64,000 nucleotides of DNA from Lama guanicoe (lineage: Eukaryota), in NCBI GenBank assembly GCA_013239625.1, contig MU053482.1, positions 3,247,922-3,311,921 of the forward strand, read 5' to 3'. The notes under the pieces are model-generated. The model did no database searches. It saw nothing but the letters and a program-made list of their open reading frames with translations, and had not been told where the DNA came from. The position numbers were made by a program, and so were the translations under genes. Within the stretch, counting starts at the first letter, position 1. The number at the start of each line of letters is the position of its first letter. This document shows, one piece after another, positions 61,080 through 64,000 of the stretch.

Positions 61080-62530
61080 CCACGCGTTCACTGGGGCGGT
61101 GACTACAGATCCCCAACACCAGCAGGAGTGAGGTAGCACCGGACTCTGAGCACTTCCTTTTGGAGAGGACAGCCCCCTGCGTCACTCGTTACTCACTCAG
61201 GATGCTGGAAAGAAGTTTATCCCCGAGGAACTCATCACAGTTGGCTCCCACCCTCCCAGCCCTAAGGTCCTGGCCCAACCTACCGGCCCCAGGGCGCTGC
61301 CCCTGGTACCCGGCCCCCTCGAAAGCGAGGGTCGCGGAACCCAGACTTGCCCCAGCTGACTCAGCTGGGCCGCCCCGGGCCCCGCGGACGCGGCCTCCCC
61401 CACTCCCCCGCCCCTCGTGCCGGTCCCTCACGCCCACCGCGAGGCCCTGCCCGGCCAAGAAGGCCGGACGCTCAGCGCCGGCTCTGCCCGGGCTCAGCCG
61501 GGCCCTCCCCACCTCCCAGCCGAGACGTCCGGCCCCGCAGAAGCCACTGGACGGCAGCCGGGGGGCGGAGGCGGGGAGGCCTGGGGGCGGCGCCCGCCCC
61601 ACACCCTTACCTGGCTTCTCGTGGTCGTAGCCTACTACAATGAAGTAGTCGGCCAGCCGGGCCATGGCCGCCGCCGCCGCGCCCGGGAAGCGGGTGCCCG
61701 TCGCCGCCCTCGCCGCCGCCGCCCACCGGGCCCGGGAGGGCTCAGCATTTTCCCTGCAGCAGCAGTAGCGGCAGCGGCGGCACTTCAGCCATGTTTGACA
61801 ACCGAGGCGCGCACTGCGCCTGCGCCGCACTTAGCGCCCGCTCCTGCCCCGCCCCCACCCGCGCTGGCTCCTTGACCCCAGCGGGGGCGGAGAGCCCACC
61901 CCCACCCTCCGCGGGCGGTTGCTACTGCCGGCTTTGGGGAATGGGCGATCCGCCGTATTCCCGCCACGCGCCGCCACCACAGCGGCTCGGGGTGGTTCAC
62001 TTTGATGCCTGGCTGCCCCTTCGCGGCCCCCTTCCCCTTCCCCTATTTTTCCTAAAGCAGGGTGTCCTTCCTTCCGCCTTCTCCACTCTTTCTGGATCTG
62101 GGCAGACGAGACAGGGATGGTTGAGAGGGGGTCCCCTGGCAAGTTTGCTGCTTCCCCTCCCCCGCGCCAAGACGAGATTCTCCCGCCCTCGGCTGGAAGC
62201 ATGGAATTTGCACCGCCAGGCCTTTTGCTGCACGTTTCCTGTTTATGTTGTGCAGATGGGAATTTTAGGAACATGCCACCGAACAGGCGGAGGAGGGAGA
62301 GGCTTTTGCGCAATCTTCAGAGGCGCCTCGTGCTTCATTCCTGGGTGGGCTGGGGGCGGTTGACCTGGGCTTCCCCTGGAGCGCCTGAGGAAGCCGGATT
62401 CCACCGAAGAACGCGGCATCCCCGGGATCCTCCTGAACTGCCGGCTCCAACAGAGTCCGTGGGAGAAGGCTTGTCTCTCTCTCAAGGAAGTCCTTCCCGC
62501 CTAGGCTTTCGCCCCATACTGCGGTCCCAT
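61080..62530. promoter_or_regulatory. SBF2: CpG island / SBF2 promoter
   Basis: Abrupt rise in GC and CpG content. GC boxes (GCCCCGCCCC ~61846, GGGGGCGGAG ~61883), an NRF1-like TGCGCCTGCGC at ~61816, and a YY1-like AAACATGGCTG on the minus strand at ~61796-61786. Confidence 0.9.
61611..61665 (-). CDS. SBF2: SBF2 (SET-binding factor 2 / MTMR13) coding exon 1, 55 nt
   Basis: Minus strand reads GCGGCC-ATG-GCC (strong Kozak) and encodes MARLADYFIVVGYDHEKP+G, matching the SBF2 N-terminus as I recall it. It is followed directly by the donor CAG|GTAAGG (GT at 61610-61609) and lies inside a CpG island. Confidence 0.96.
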
Positions 62531-63379
62531 AGCTCTTGCAGCAGGAGCAGGTGGTGACTTCCAGCTTCCCTGCTCAAACAATGCAATAAAATCAATTAGT
62601 GGATCTCATCATCCAATCTAGGAATTATCTAGGTGGCCTTTTTTCTTTCTTTCTTTCTTTTTTTTTTTTTTTTTTTCTATAAATTTGGCTAGTGAGGCAC
62701 CAGATGAGCTTGCTTTGTCCTCTGTCAGTATCTCATTAAGTTTTAGTATTAGGATATGTTACAAGTAGTTAGACTGAAGTTTTGGGAATCTCCCTGGTTT
62801 GCAAATGTGATCATCTTCGTGGAGAGAAGTGCACGATGTCTCGAACTCTGAACTGGGAGTCCAGAGATTTGCTGTCTCAGTTCCCGAAAGTGTGTTCTCA
62901 TCTATCATTTCCTCTTTCTGTGTGGAACTTTCTTCACCTACAGATTGAGAGGGTTGGGCTGCACTAGAAGAACTGAAACTCCCAGGAAGTAATACTTTAG
63001 GAGTTCATTTGCAAATTGCTATGGTCAAACAGAATCAGCCTAGTTTCTGGGGAGGAGGGAAGATAGCAGACTGATCTTGGAAATAACCGAACTGAAAAAG
63101 CTTCAGTCACACCTCTTGTAAGATTCCTCTCTATAATTTCCTTGGGAGCTCGTCACCCAACTTGATCACTTTCAGTAAAGAGGCATCTTACTTCCTTGGG
63201 AGGCAGCCCATTGCAATGTTTATTAACCTTATTGTTAGAACGTTCTTCCTTATTATGTCAGAGTTGTCTTGTAACTACCCCCAATTTTGCTCTATGGAAA
63301 TACCCAGAAAAAAAATCTATCTTCATATGATAGCTTTTCTGATTTTCAAGGCAACTATCATGTTCCTTCCCCATTTTTC

Positions 63380-64000
63380 TTTTTTTAATTAAGGTGCAAT
63401 TCACATATCATAAAATGAACAATTTTAAAGTATACAGTTCAGTGGTATTGAATACATTCACAGTGTTGTGCAACCACCTCTATCTAGTTCCAAAATATTT
63501 TCATCACCCAAAAGAAAACCCCACACCCATAAGGCTGTCACTCCTGTTTCCCCCTCCCCCAGCCTCTGATAACTACGAATTTGCTGTTCTGTGTCTATGG
63601 ACTTACCTAGTATGGATATTTGGCATAAATACAATCATACAATATGTGACCTTCTGTGTCTGAGTTCTTTCATTTAGTGTAATGTTTTCAAGGTTCATCC
63701 ACATTGTAGCATATAACAGTACTTCATTCTTATTCATGGCTGAAATAATATTCCATTGTATGTATATACCATAGTAAGTCAAATTTATCTGTTTTTTCTT
63801 TTGTTTCTTGTGCTTTTGTATCAGATATAAGAATCCATTGCCAAATCTGAGGTCATGAAGATTTACTCCTACGTTTTCTTCTAAGCATTTCATAGTTTAC
63901 TCTTATTTTAGGCCATTGACCCATTATGAATTAATTTTTATATATGACATAAGGTAGGGGGTCCCAGTCTACTTTTTAAATGTGTTTTTTTATTCATTCA
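63380..64000 (-). mobile_element. L1MB-like 3' end, upstream of SBF2
   Basis: AAAGTATACAGTTCAGTGGTATT...TTCAAGGTTCATCCACATTGTAGCAT, followed by antisense ORF2 text. Confidence 0.85.

Larger units (their letters stand above)
1..61610 (-). other. SBF2: SBF2 intron 1 (continues past the window start)
   Basis: Starts at the GT donor at 61610. I saw no sequence encoding the next SBF2 residues (GSGEGLGKIIQRFPQKDW, from memory). The region is AT-rich and dominated by repeats. Confidence 0.8.

Noticed and set aside
61189..61830. 213-aa minus-strand ORF containing the SBF2 N-terminus
   Set aside because: Only 61665-61611 matches SBF2. The rest is stop-free GC-rich leader and read-through past a consensus splice donor.
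61160..62557. Many overlapping 70-190 aa Pro/Arg/Gly-rich ORFs
   Set aside because: Expected from stop-codon scarcity in a CpG island, with no recognisable domains.

Overview
Mammalian nuclear DNA, most likely camelid: it carries a vic-1-type tRNA-derived SINE, and I saw no Alu, Bov-tA or PRE-1. The window holds the CpG-island promoter and first coding exon of SBF2 (MTMR13) on the minus strand (CDS 61665-61611, MARLADYFIVVGYDHEKP-G, then a GT donor). Bases 1-61610 appear to be SBF2 intron 1, since I found no exon 2. The intron is repeat-rich: L1s of several ages, L2, MIR, MaLR/ERVL LTRs, an old ERV-L internal segment with a recognisable RT, MER20 and MER5A. It also has a CAPNS1 retrocopy inserted into an older L1. 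Almost all ORFs in the supplied track are repeat-derived or random. I found no convincing new multi-gene system. The most interesting signals are a CAPNS1 retrocopy with an unexpected ~880-nt 5' segment, an L1 flanked by a ~120-bp duplication beside a perfect 4x50-bp array, two uORFs in the SBF2 leader, a CpG-retaining LTR facing the SBF2 promoter, and several tiny or rearranged L1-type insertions. Repeat subfamily names and the boundaries of old repeats are by eye and approximate.
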